From contig JBAXQK010000005.1 of NCBI GenBank assembly GCA_037131775.1, positions 1 to 60,544 on the forward strand: a stretch of DNA of 60,544 nt. The letters are read 5' to 3'. This stretch comes from Candidatus Uhrbacteria bacterium (GTDB lineage Bacteria > Patescibacteriota > Patescibacteriia > UBA9934 > GWF2-40-263). Shown here piece after piece: positions 26,736-36,563 of this stretch. Below the pieces are notes generated by a model. That model made no database searches and had not been told where the DNA came from. It was given only the letters and a program-made list of their open reading frames with translations. How positions within the stretch are numbered: position 1 is the stretch's first letter; each line of letters starts with the position of its first letter. The position numbers and the translations under genes are program-made.

Positions 26736-27013
26736 GCGGTTTTTCGTTTGGGGCGAAGGTTGACGGGAATCCAGTTTTGTGGCACTGTTCGCCCCTTCGG
26801 ATGGTCCGAAGCAACCTTGGAGGATCCATTGAGAAATCCACCGTCGGCGCATCTGCCGACACGACTGCAGTACGATACGCTCCTTCTGCTCGTCGAGATC
26901 GCCGCCTTCTTGGAAGGGACTCTGTCCCGCTCGAGATCGGGTCGTTCGTAATCGACTTGCTGCTGCCCGGAACGCTCGCCGGAAAGATCGGCGCGCTCTC
27001 GCGCCACGGATGG

Positions 27014-27850
27014 ATGTCGCTCGACAGGACGCAGGAAAACTACCTGGTGCAGGAGAACGCCATTCCGACCAGCGGCACGGGTCTCGCCGGCCCGTCCTTC
27101 CGGAACGTTCCCGACGAGGCGGCCGCGAACCTCGTGGCGCACTGGAAGAACGACGTTCGAAAATTCCGAGCGGAACACCTGCTTGACCCTCCCGACGAAT
27201 CCACGTCCAAGCGGGGTCACAGGCCCGCGAAGACCCATTTCCCCGTCCCTTCCGTTCCCGAACCCACGCCGGAACTTGTCCCGGCGACACCCCAGGAGAC
27301 CACCATGAATGACAGCCCGACCGACGCAACGATCACGGAAGACCCGGCAACGTGGCCGAAGCGAGCCCTCGATGACGGCGGAAATTACTCCGTCGGCCCG
27401 AAGGAACGAACGTTCGAGATCGACGAGACAGACTGGACGATCATGCGGCTTTGCTACGGCCGGCCCGACCTGCCCGCCCTCAAGCCGGACATCGCCCGCC
27501 TCCGACGGCTGACGGTGATGCAGGTTGCCGGGATGGAGGCGACACTCACGCGACGGGCAAAGCCGGAGAGGATTCCGACCGTGGAAGCCGCGCCTGCCGA
27601 CCCTGTCGCAGCGGTGCCTTCGCCGGTCACGACGGACCCGATCTCCGATCCGGGTCCGACGGCCGCTCCCACTGTGCCGCCCATCGAGCCGTTCGCCGGC
27701 CTGCGCCTCCGGACCGAGGAGGAGATTGCGGAACAGATCGCGTGGTACGACCACGAGATCGCGGAGCTCACCCTCCGGCGCGACCGGCTGCAGGCGGTCC
27801 ACGACGACTACCCCAACCTTGTCGCCGCCCTGACCGCGACGACCTCCTGA
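27014..27850 (+). CDS. hypothetical protein (start uncertain)
   Basis: 3' part of track ORF 26399-27850. GC3 becomes high only from about 26920. The first ATG is 27014. Pro-rich middle and a C-terminal helix EEIAEQIAWYDHEIAELTLRRDRLQ. Confidence 0.5.
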   Translation: MSLDRTQENYLVQENAIPTSGTGLAGPSFRNVPDEAAANLVAHWKNDVRKFRAEHLLDPPDESTSKRGHRPAKTHFPVPSVPEPTPELVPATPQETTMNDSPTDATITEDPATWPKRALDDGGNYSVGPKERTFEIDETDWTIMRLCYGRPDLPALKPDIARLRRLTVMQVAGMEATLTRRAKPERIPTVEAAPADPVAAVPSPVTTDPISDPGPTAAPTVPPIEPFAGLRLRTEEEIAEQIAWYDHEIAELTLRRDRLQAVHDDYPNLVAALTATTS

Positions 27851-27863
27851 CCCTGCCCCGGCA

Positions 27864-28658
27864 TCACGTCGGGGTATTTTTTTTTGGAAACAAGAGGAAT
27901 CGACGGTCGAATGTCTTCGAACACGCCGCGCATGAGCTCGCCTTCGACAGCTTTCGGAATCGAACGACCTCGTGGCCGCGCGGACAGACGTAGGAGAACG
28001 TCGGCGGGAGCAGCTTCGAGAGGACCGTCGTCCGTTCGTGCACGTCATCCTCCGTCCACGCTCGCTTCCATGCCTTCGGGACCGTCGCGATCGACGACAG
28101 TCCGCGACGAATGGACAGCACTCCAGGCCTTCCCTTTCCGCGAAGATGGCGGAGTCGAACGCGGGCATGCGCGTCGAACGTCGGAATCGGCCGTCCTCCC
28201 ACGGCCAGGTATGCATCGTGCAGCTCGGCGACGGCCGCGTTGAACCCCTTCCCGTGCCGCGCCGGCCGGATCGTTCCGTCGCATTCCTCGGCGATGTGCC
28301 ACAGTTCGTGCATCACGGTCTCAAGCGCCTGGCGCAAAGGGGCGTCCGTCGAGACGAGCGAGACGTTGAAGGTGACCACATAGAGGATTTCTCGACCTCC
28401 GACCGTCATCGTCGAGAACACCGGGTCGTGCCCCCGACGTACCTTCGCCTGGCGCAATCCGAGCGTCTCGCCGAGCCGGGTAGGCGGGAGCTTGCGGACG
28501 CAGACGAGAATCTTCGACGGATCGACGTGCGCCAACTCCGGGACCACGCGGCAGGCGGTGGCGACGATCGAGGAAAAGATGTTCGGGAGGTGGTGCGCGT
28601 CGGCCATATCGAGGAACAGTGTAGCACGGATGACCGCATTGACATCGGGACGAATCAT
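27864..28658 (-). CDS. putative Zn-metallopeptidase (HExxH) with C-terminal zinc-ribbon, SprT-like architecture
   Basis: 264 aa. VMHELWHIAEE is followed by YVCPRGH...CAACSK (CxxxxH...CxxC). Confidence 0.6.
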   Translation of the reverse strand: MIRPDVNAVIRATLFLDMADAHHLPNIFSSIVATACRVVPELAHVDPSKILVCVRKLPPTRLGETLGLRQAKVRRGHDPVFSTMTVGGREILYVVTFNVSLVSTDAPLRQALETVMHELWHIAEECDGTIRPARHGKGFNAAVAELHDAYLAVGGRPIPTFDAHARVRLRHLRGKGRPGVLSIRRGLSSIATVPKAWKRAWTEDDVHERTTVLSKLLPPTFSYVCPRGHEVVRFRKLSKASSCAACSKTFDRRFLLFPKKNTPT

Positions 28659-28722
28659 TGCTATGTTTCCGTATCATCCAAACGCCGGATCATCGGCGCG
28701 GACGAAGACAAGGGAAATCCCA

Positions 28723-29528
28723 ATGCACCTGAACGCACAGTCCCTCCAGTTCCTCGCCAACCTTCTGGCGGTCGAAGTATGGTTTGACGGACCGCTCCCC
28801 GCGCGCCTGCGCAACGCGCTTGCCTTGCGCGACCTCACGAAGGCGAAGGAGAACACGCGGATGCAGATGCCCAACCAGATGCGCACCTTCGGATACCTGT
28901 CGGACGCCCCCAGGTGCACCTGCGCGAGCGCGGGTACCGAACCTTCGTCACGGATAGCGGAAAAGCCGCGGTCGCGGAATCGGGAACGCCGTCGAACCTC
29001 ACCGAGGACGAGATCGAGGCCAACGTCCGCGCGTTCGGCTTCGAGCCGATGGACGGAACGAAGAACGCGAAGATCGCCTGTACCCAATACTCGCCCGATG
29101 CCTGGATTTCCCCTGGCGCCGCCGTCGTCGCCGGCGACCCGGCCGACGAGCCCGTCTCGCCGAACCGTGACGGGTGGAGATCGGTGCGCGGCATCGAGGA
29201 ACTCGGCCTGCCCTCCGGAGCGCCCGCGCGGTTCGCCCCGCCCGAGTCCGCCGACAGGCTCGCCTCGCACTGGAACCAAGGCGTCCGAGCCTTCGACGAC
29301 CGCCACTTCTGGCTTAGCCCCATCGATCTTGCGGCCGAGCAGACGGCCGAAGAGCTCGAGGCGCGAATCGTCGCCATCGCGCGCCGCGAACGAATGATCG
29401 CGGTCCTGCTCCCGCGCCTCCGATCAGACCCGCTTCGCGATCGCCGAGACGCCCTCGCGAACGAGGCCAAGCGCCTCGTCGTCGAGCGCGAGGCGCTCTC
29501 CCGCGCCCTCGCGTCGCATGCCGCCTAG
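28723..29528 (+). pseudogene. hypothetical protein gene with an apparent 1-nt frame break at a C5 run
   Basis: ATG 28723 has promoter TTGACA-17-TATGTT and high GC3 as far as ..YLSDAP. The coding signal then continues in the -1 frame from 28914 (VHLRERGYRTF...) to stop 29528. No SD precedes GTG 28914. One extra C in gcccccag would fuse the two halves. Confidence 0.45.
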
Positions 29529-30655
29529 CCTGCAGCCGGATCCTTCCGGCTGTTTTTTGTTCCCACGGCCTCCGCGACCGTCGCGAACCCGTCGCGTGCC
29601 AGGAGACGCGCGATCCCGCGGTTGATCTCGCCGATCAGCTGCGGACCCTCGAAGATCATTCCGGTGATCAGCTGCACGAGCGACGCGCCGCGGACGATCT
29701 TCTCGTATGCGTCCTCGGCCGAAAAGATCCCGCCCGTCCCGACGATGACGTATCGTCGGCCGGTCGTTTTCCAAAGGTGGGAGATCAGCTCGTTGGAAGG
29801 ATCGAAGACCGGCTTGCCGCTGACGCCGCCCTTGTCGGTCACGGCGATCTCCGTCGGATCGATCGTCGCGCGGTCGCGCTTCTTCGTCAGGTTCGACAGG
29901 ATGAGCCCGTGGACGCGATGACGATCGCAGACCGCCACGAGCGCGTCGAGCGCGTCGGTCGATATGTCCGCCGGCAATTTCAAAAAGGTCGGCTTGCGCG
30001 TCGCGATCGCGTCGAGCCGGGACAGCAGCGCGTCCAGTCGTTCCGGCGTCGCGAACGGCTCGCCTCCGCAGGTGTTCGGGCAGGAGACATTTACGGTCGC
30101 ATAGTCGCCGATGTCCGCGAACGCGCGGAACGCCTTCTCATAGTCGCGAATCCCGGCCTCGGTCTCGACCGTGGTCGCGTCGTTCGTCCGTGCCACGCTC
30201 GTCCCAATGGGAATCTCGAACGTTCGGCCGCGCAGACGGGCCGATACCGTCTCGCTCCCATCGTTCTTCAGCCCGTACCACACCACCAGCCCCTTCGACT
30301 TCGGCAGGCGCCACAGCCGCGGCTTCGGATTCCCCGCGCACCGCTCCCCCGTTACGGACCCGACCTCCTCGAACCCGAACCCGACGGACGGGAGAACGTC
30401 CACGAGCAGCGCGTCCTTGTCGAACCCGGCGGAAAGCCCGACCGGGTTCGGAAATTCGATCCCCAGGATCGTCTGCCGAAGCGACGGGCTCGCGTACGAG
30501 AGCAGCGACCGGAGAATCGACCGGATGCCACGGGAAGATCCGAGCGCGGCCCCGAGCGCGGTCATGGCATCGTGGACTTCCTCGGGATCGCGCGAAAAGA
30601 AAACGGGCTTCGCGATGCGTCGGTACAGGAACCGCTGGATGCGCGTGGCAAACAT
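29525..30655 (-). CDS. pyrD: dihydroorotate dehydrogenase (quinone type)
   Basis: Internal ATG 30655 (MFATRIQRFLYR). Motifs FPNPVGLSAGFDKD, NVSCPNT and GTGGI. Promoter TTGTCC-17-TACCAT makes it near-leaderless. Confidence 0.9.
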   Translation of the reverse strand: MFATRIQRFLYRRIAKPVFFSRDPEEVHDAMTALGAALGSSRGIRSILRSLLSYASPSLRQTILGIEFPNPVGLSAGFDKDALLVDVLPSVGFGFEEVGSVTGERCAGNPKPRLWRLPKSKGLVVWYGLKNDGSETVSARLRGRTFEIPIGTSVARTNDATTVETEAGIRDYEKAFRAFADIGDYATVNVSCPNTCGGEPFATPERLDALLSRLDAIATRKPTFLKLPADISTDALDALVAVCDRHRVHGLILSNLTKKRDRATIDPTEIAVTDKGGVSGKPVFDPSNELISHLWKTTGRRYVIVGTGGIFSAEDAYEKIVRGASLVQLITGMIFEGPQLIGEINRGIARLLARDGFATVAEAVGTKNSRKDPAAG

Positions 30656-30756
30656 AGTGCCCCCATGGTAGGCGCATTCCCGCCAACGGACAAGCGAGGA
30701 GCAGCCTTGACGCGAACGAGAAACCTGATACAATCCTCGCCGCAACGGAGCATCTC

Positions 30757-31083
30757 GTGAGTGACTGTCTGATTGGATTTCGATCGTCCCCTTCCCAACC
30801 ACTCGCCTACGCGCGGCTTTCGCTCCAGGACGCGGAGGCCCTCTCCCGGTTCGTCGAGACGAACGCGCGTCCCGACGTGATCACCTGCGGCACGGCGCCA
30901 ACCTTCGCCCTCGCCGAGCACATCCGCGCCGCGCCGCCGACGATGACGCGGCCGGGAAGGACGCTGCTTGCGACCCAGTGGATCAGGAACCACGGAGTCC
31001 CCGTGGAGGCCTGGGCCACCTGGAGCGTGGATCTCCTCCCCGCCGATTCCGACTACGACGATCCGCCGCCAGCCCGCGGATAG
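30757..31083 (+). CDS. hypothetical protein
   Basis: 108 aa. GTG start with GGAG 7 nt upstream. Promoter TTGACG..TACAAT. The terminator gacccgactcgctcgggt plus T-run lies at 31090-31115. Confidence 0.55.
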   Translation: MSDCLIGFRSSPSQPLAYARLSLQDAEALSRFVETNARPDVITCGTAPTFALAEHIRAAPPTMTRPGRTLLATQWIRNHGVPVEAWATWSVDLLPADSDYDDPPPARG

Positions 31084-31234
31084 TCCCCCGCACGGCCTCT
31101 CGACCCGACTCGCTCGGGTCGCTTTTTTATCGCACGGTTTTCATGCGGTCGTGCGAAATCCGTGCGACAGATTTCGGGCTGTCCGTTGACATTCCGGTCG
31201 AAACTTGATAGCGTCTTCCCGCAAGGAGTTTTCA

Positions 31235-31768
31235 ATGGAACCAGTGAAGTTTGACCCGGAAGTCGCGTTGCGGATGCTGCTCGCGGACGAGATATTCCAA
31301 ACCCGCGTGCCCGAGGGAAGATACAGGGAGCTCAACCGGGAAATGCTCGACCGCCTCCCCGTGTTGCTCGGAGACCTGATGGACCAGCCGGTCAGCCTGA
31401 GGACGGTCCTAACGGCACAGCTGCGCATCCTGCGCGACGACTACGATCCCGGACGGTACCTCGAGTTCATCCGTGCGGCGCCCAGGCGCCCGGAGACCGC
31501 CTCCCTGGATCTGAACGCGCCTGCCATCCTCGAGACGCTCAAGTACGTGGTCGAGATGACCATCCGCGCGGCGGAGGAGACTCTCGCCGACATTCCCGGA
31601 TTGCTCAAGGAACAAGGAAAGTCGGAAGAGGAAGCCCTCATGCAGTCACACGGGAGCGGCCTGAACGCCGTCGGGCTGACCGCGCTTCGCGCCGGCACGC
31701 TCACCATCGCCGAGATGTACATGACGCAACCCCGGATATTCGCCGACTTCCGTACCGATTCGCCCTGA
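31235..31768 (+). CDS. hypothetical protein
   Basis: AAGGAG lies 6 nt before ATG 31235. Promoter TTGACA-17-TAGCGT. The terminator shares the 18-mer gacccgactcgctcgggt with the previous gene. Confidence 0.6.
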   Translation: MEPVKFDPEVALRMLLADEIFQTRVPEGRYRELNREMLDRLPVLLGDLMDQPVSLRTVLTAQLRILRDDYDPGRYLEFIRAAPRRPETASLDLNAPAILETLKYVVEMTIRAAEETLADIPGLLKEQGKSEEEALMQSHGSGLNAVGLTALRAGTLTIAEMYMTQPRIFADFRTDSP

Positions 31769-31855
31769 CCCGACTCGCTCGGGTTCTTTTTTTGGGCCGT
31801 ACTTCATTTTGGATTTTTCGCAAAAAAAATCGGCCCGAGACGATCGGGACCGAAG

Positions 31856-32290
31856 CTAGCGGAAGATGAAGCGGACGTCGGTCGGTGTCGCGGTGTCCGG
31901 AAAGGACATGCCGAGCAACGCGTCGTTGAGGCAGTCGAGCGCCTCGCCGTCGACCGAGAGGTTGTCGCTGCGAACCAGGCTGCCAACGCCGGTGCCGTAC
32001 AGGCTGCCGAAGCGGATCTGGAACGTTCCGGACAGCGTCGCGCGGTCCGAGACGAAGCACCCGCCGAACTGCTCCGCGTGCGCGTCGAGCTCGGCGCGCA
32101 ATGCCGCGAACTTGGACGAAGGGACGGTCGCGAGCACCGCGTCAAATCGGGGCGTCGCGTCCTCGGCAACGACGACGGGATCGTCGACCGAGACAGTCGC
32201 GGAGGAATCCGGGGTCGTGACGTTGACCGTCACGCTGACGTTGACGACGGGAGGCTCGGCGAGGGCGAGCGAGGTGAGAAGAAGAACCAT
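31856..32290 (-). CDS. small secreted protein (signal peptide)
   Basis: GGAG lies before ATG 32290. The MVLLLTSLALAEPP leader is signal-like. A hairpin plus T8 terminator lies at about 31826-31850. Confidence 0.55.
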   Translation of the reverse strand: MVLLLTSLALAEPPVVNVSVTVNVTTPDSSATVSVDDPVVVAEDATPRFDAVLATVPSSKFAALRAELDAHAEQFGGCFVSDRATLSGTFQIRFGSLYGTGVGSLVRSDNLSVDGEALDCLNDALLGMSFPDTATPTDVRFIFR

Positions 32291-32393
32291 CGGTGTCTCC
32301 AGAGTGACGCGGGAAGAGTAGCTCATTTTGGGCCGGATGTCAACGGAGCGGTCCCGCCTGGATAAAAAAGTCCGCCGACTCGCGTCGACGGAT

Positions 32394-33035
32394 TCAGAAG
32401 CTGTTGTAGTATCGATCGCCGAAGTCGCCGAGACCGGGGAGGATGTAGGCGTTCTCGTTGAGGCACCGGTCGAGCACGGCGAGGTAGACGGGCACGTCCG
32501 GGCACGCCTCTTGGAAATGCGCGACCCCCTCGGGTGCTCCGACAATTCCGGCGAAGACGATGCTCTTGGCTCCTCGCTCCCGAAGCAGACGCACGGCCTC
32601 GACGGCCGAGCCTCCGGTCGCGAACATGGGGTCGAGGATGAAGCAGGTCATGCCTCCGATGTCCCGCTTGGGGATCGCGTTCATGTAGACGCTCGGCCGG
32701 TGCGTCTCATGGTCGCGCGACATTCCCACGTGCCAGACGCGCGGGTTCGGCAGCAGCTCGCAGAACGGATCGACGAGCGCGTTGCCGGCCCGCAGGATCG
32801 GAACCAACGCGACGGACTTGGTGAACCTGAGACCGCGCGTCTCCTCGACCGGCGTGCGGATGACGCCGTCCTCGCACGGCTGCTCGTCGACCGCGGATGA
32901 CGCGACCAGCCGGCCGAGCCGCAGTGCCGTCGCCCGGAACTGGTCCGATTCGGTGAACGTGTTGCGCAGACGGTCCATCAGCGCCTGAACCGCGATGGTC
33001 TGGGGAAGAACGTGAACGTTGTCGGGAAGGTCCAT
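32394..33035 (-). CDS. upp: uracil phosphoribosyltransferase
   Basis: Motifs VPILRAGNALVDPF, FILDPMFATGGSA and YILPGLGDFGDRYYN. AAGGAG lies 5 nt before ATG 33035. Confidence 0.9.
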   Translation of the reverse strand: MDLPDNVHVLPQTIAVQALMDRLRNTFTESDQFRATALRLGRLVASSAVDEQPCEDGVIRTPVEETRGLRFTKSVALVPILRAGNALVDPFCELLPNPRVWHVGMSRDHETHRPSVYMNAIPKRDIGGMTCFILDPMFATGGSAVEAVRLLRERGAKSIVFAGIVGAPEGVAHFQEACPDVPVYLAVLDRCLNENAYILPGLGDFGDRYYNSF

Positions 33036-33158
33036 GAGAACTCCTTGTCTCGGCGGAAGTGTAGGGGGAAACGTCAGAATCGTCAAGGAATCATTGACAA
33101 TTCAAACCAACCTGCTACAGTCCTCCCGCTTGGAATTCATCCGGGCATCGGAGGCTCA

Positions 33159-34529
33159 ATGGACAAGATTCTCGCATTCCTGAAGAAAGACTGGTGGAAG
33201 GTCCTGCTCGTGGTCATCGCGATCGGCATGGCCAAGGACAGATGGGACTCGTACCAGCGCACGGAGCACTGGAAGACGAAACTCTCCGCGGCCGGCGGCA
33301 AGAAGGCCGGCTCGGACGCGGACAAGCCGTACGAGGGACTTTCGGATGGGTGCCTCGCAGAGGAGCGGAACGTGTCCGCGGCCGGCATCGAGAAGAAGGT
33401 CGCCGCCGACCAGGAGCGCCTCGCGAAGATGGGCGTGCTCACGCAGATCGTGCCGACCGTCGGCCCGCTCGGCGCCTCGACGCGGCTCGTCCTCGACCAG
33501 CGGGCGCCGAAGACCGCCTTCCCTCCCGTCGGCCCCGACATCATCGCCCAGCTCGGGATGACGATCGACAACCAGTTCGACGGCAAGGTCGGCGTCACCG
33601 ACGCGGCCATCCGCGGGATGGCCGACCGGTCGTTCGGGAAGATCGGCATGCTCGACGAGAAGGGACTGCGCGGATACGTGCTCTCGGTTCGCATGATGGA
33701 CGGCCCCGGCGGCAACACCACCTTCGACGTGGACCGCAAGGTCGCCATCGTGAACGTGGGACTGCAGAACGTGCCGACCGACTTCGAGCATGAGTTCGCG
33801 CACGTCCTTTCCGGCCCGGACTTCCTGATGAACCAGGACATCGCGGCCGTCGCGAAGGAAACGGTCGCCATCGCGGCCGAGTCGCTCGATCCGCCCGGTC
33901 TCCGCGAGCAGTGGACCTACGAGCGCCAGAACATGCCGATCCTCGGGATGGGCAAGACGATCAACGGCGAGAGCGGGGTCATCCACGCCAGCAACGCGCC
34001 ACTCGACGGGTGGCGGTACGACTCCATGAGGCTCGTCGACGAGGTCATCGGGGAAGCCGCGCAGGTGTCGCTCGCCCGGACGGTCTGGAAGCAGGCAAGC
34101 GAACGGAAGTCGATGGGACTGCGCGAACTCGAGGCGCTGTACGTGGCCGCCGGCGCGAAGGACCTGGCCATCTTCCGGCCCTCGCTCGAGCCCGGCCTCT
34201 ACCTCGACCTCTCGTTCGAGAAGAACGGCGTCCCGGTCCTCCTCGCGAAGACCGTCGACCAGGACGGGTACGAGGGAATCTCTCCCGCCGCCATGCAGGT
34301 GGTGTGGCGCGACGCGGACGGCAAGGCGATGGGAGGGATGGATCCCATCCCGATGCAGCCGGCGTTCAGCTTCGACGACGCGGCTCTCATGGCCTCGTAC
34401 GCGAGCGCCCTCGAGGTCCGCATCTCCGGCGCGGTGTACACCTTCCAGCTCGAGCCGACCCTGGCGACCAGCTCGAAGACGAGTTCCGCTCCCGCCGCGC
34501 AGACGGTCACGAAGTTCATCGCGCCCTAG
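33159..34529 (+). CDS. membrane-anchored hypothetical protein with HExxH motif
   Basis: GGAGG lies before ATG 33159. N-terminal helix WWKVLLVVIAIGMA. FEHEFAHVL lies mid-protein. 456 aa. Confidence 0.65.
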   Translation: MDKILAFLKKDWWKVLLVVIAIGMAKDRWDSYQRTEHWKTKLSAAGGKKAGSDADKPYEGLSDGCLAEERNVSAAGIEKKVAADQERLAKMGVLTQIVPTVGPLGASTRLVLDQRAPKTAFPPVGPDIIAQLGMTIDNQFDGKVGVTDAAIRGMADRSFGKIGMLDEKGLRGYVLSVRMMDGPGGNTTFDVDRKVAIVNVGLQNVPTDFEHEFAHVLSGPDFLMNQDIAAVAKETVAIAAESLDPPGLREQWTYERQNMPILGMGKTINGESGVIHASNAPLDGWRYDSMRLVDEVIGEAAQVSLARTVWKQASERKSMGLRELEALYVAAGAKDLAIFRPSLEPGLYLDLSFEKNGVPVLLAKTVDQDGYEGISPAAMQVVWRDADGKAMGGMDPIPMQPAFSFDDAALMASYASALEVRISGAVYTFQLEPTLATSSKTSSAPAAQTVTKFIAP

Positions 34530-34628
34530 GCGCGCTTGCCGGCCCGACGATCTCGTCGGGCCGATTTTTATTGAAGGAATCTTGACATTCAGCCTGTTTC
34601 TTGGCACTCTCGGGCCAGGAGAACACCC

Positions 34629-35360
34629 ATGAAGGACAGGTCACCGCTGAGCAAGGTGCAGTTGGCGCTTCTGCGCTCGATCGACGCCGCGTCGAGGATG
34701 ATCGGCACGCCCGGAATCGTTCCGACGAACCTGGCGGGTCGGATTGCGTGCCATTACTTTCGACCGGACCGCGTCGAAGGCGCGCTGAACGAGCTTCGTC
34801 GCTCGGAAAACCTGGTCCTGCTGCTGAGGGACCGCTACCGCGTTATCGTCAGCCCGACCTCGTGGCAGGACTGCTTCCTCCCGGGATGCGCCGCGGAACC
34901 GCTCGAGGAGGACCGGCTGGTCGCAATGATCATCGAGACAGGATACGCCGTCGTCGCCTCGGCGGAGACGACGGCTGCGGTGCGGGATCGGAGAGTCGTT
35001 GCCATCCGAAGGACGGTGCATTGGATGCAAAGGCATGTGCACCTGGCAAACCATCTCCTCGCGGAACGCTGGTACGGCAACACGCTTCCCGCGGAGCTCT
35101 CGTTCGGAATCCTGTCCGCCAACCAGTCCGACCCGTCGCCATTCCACGAGCTGCGAACTGAGCTCTCGCTGGAACACCAGCTGAAATCGATCCGCGTCAA
35201 AGGCGGACACAACGTCTTCCACTGGCGCGTCACGCCACTCGGAGTCAATTCCATCGAACAGCACCGGGCCGCCCCATCGCTGACGCCAGACGTGATCGCG
35301 ACGATCGCGACGCCTCTCGGCTATTGCCCTCTTCCCCGCAGCAACCAGCCTGGTTGCTGA
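34629..35360 (+). CDS. hypothetical cytosolic protein
   Basis: 243 aa. AGGAG lies before the ATG. -35 TTGACA at 34582. Terminator gcaacc/ggttgc plus T6 at 35340-35368. Confidence 0.6.
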   Translation: MKDRSPLSKVQLALLRSIDAASRMIGTPGIVPTNLAGRIACHYFRPDRVEGALNELRRSENLVLLLRDRYRVIVSPTSWQDCFLPGCAAEPLEEDRLVAMIIETGYAVVASAETTAAVRDRRVVAIRRTVHWMQRHVHLANHLLAERWYGNTLPAELSFGILSANQSDPSPFHELRTELSLEHQLKSIRVKGGHNVFHWRVTPLGVNSIEQHRAAPSLTPDVIATIATPLGYCPLPRSNQPGC

Positions 35361-35548
35361 TTTTTTATCGGGCTTCTGCCCTCTGTTGCGAATGACGAAT
35401 TTGTTACTCGTTACACGCATGCAACGAACGATCTCAAATTTTGAAAGGCGTGACAGAACAAGCGCTAACAATTGACAACCCGTCCGTTTCGCGGTACCTT
35501 CCCCGCTCGCTCCTGCCAATCCGGCAGGGCGATGAAACGGAGTTTCCC

Positions 35549-36532
35549 ATGGGCAACGCAACGCGCGATCCTTTTAAGCCGGATGCCATCGACTGGCTCC
35601 GCGATCACTGGTACGCGATCCCGATCGCGGCCACCATCGTCGTCATCGCGGCCATTGTCTGGCACGACCGGCACCAACGCGATTCGACGCCGGAGCCGAC
35701 GACGGAGACGATTCCCGTCGCAGCGCCGCCAACCGCCGTCGCGGCCGCCGACGGGTCCCTCAAGATCCCCGACGACCAGATGGCCATCATCTCGGCGGCG
35801 CACGCGAGTCTCGTCGAGATCGCGAAGAGGAGCAAGAAGGCCGCGGAGCTCCTCGCCTTCTACGACGCGTACGGGCTTCCCGCCATCCGCATGGACGACA
35901 ACTACATGAAGGTGGCCACGACGCCGACGACGCCCATCTGGTTCCTGGTGGTCGCCAATCCGGCACGGATCGCGACCGAGGACAAGCTGGCCCACATCGG
36001 CGCGCAGTTCTCCTGCCATCCGCCCGCGATGTACCTGCAGAAGATCGACATGTCCGCATTCATGCAGGGCATCCTGCTCGCCCACGAGCTGTCGCACGCG
36101 AACGACTGCCTGGTGAACCACGAGCCGCCGAGCCGTTACCCCGATCCCGACTGGCTGCTCGGCGAGGGGAACGCGCATCAGACCGTCTACGAAATTCTGT
36201 CCCAGTACAGCGACGGCAAGTGGGCGGAGCTCGTCATGGCAAGCCGCGCGCGTCGCGAGGCGTTCGCCATCTCGCAGGGCGGCCACCCGGAGGCAATGGT
36301 GTTCAGCGTCACTCCCGAGGACGAGCCGGCCATCACGGCGATGTTCGGCACGCTCGACCCCGTCTCCATGGGAACGCTCGACAGCCAGCTCTCGGTCGAC
36401 GCCAACATGGCGAACGTCGACGTGCAGAGCGACCGCTACAAGCTTACGGGCGAACAGCGGATGAGCCACCGCGTCGAGTTCCTCCAGAAGTTCTACGAGA
36501 CCAGCGGCGTGGCCAAGGACCTCGCGCGATAA
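35549..36532 (+). CDS. membrane-anchored hypothetical protein with HExxH motif
   Basis: GGAG lies before ATG 35549. N-terminal helix YAIPIAATIVVIAAIVW. LLAHELSHAND. Promoter TTGACA-17-TACCTT (35464-35492). Confidence 0.65.
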   Translation: MGNATRDPFKPDAIDWLRDHWYAIPIAATIVVIAAIVWHDRHQRDSTPEPTTETIPVAAPPTAVAAADGSLKIPDDQMAIISAAHASLVEIAKRSKKAAELLAFYDAYGLPAIRMDDNYMKVATTPTTPIWFLVVANPARIATEDKLAHIGAQFSCHPPAMYLQKIDMSAFMQGILLAHELSHANDCLVNHEPPSRYPDPDWLLGEGNAHQTVYEILSQYSDGKWAELVMASRARREAFAISQGGHPEAMVFSVTPEDEPAITAMFGTLDPVSMGTLDSQLSVDANMANVDVQSDRYKLTGEQRMSHRVEFLQKFYETSGVAKDLAR

Positions 36533-36563
36533 CGCAAAAGCGACCGATCTGGTCGCTCTTTTT

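Noticed and set aside
28900-28920. Programmed -1 ribosomal frameshift as the explanation for the split ORF.
   Set aside because: There is no X-XXY-YYZ slippery heptamer and no obvious downstream pseudoknot. A homopolymer indel is the simpler explanation.
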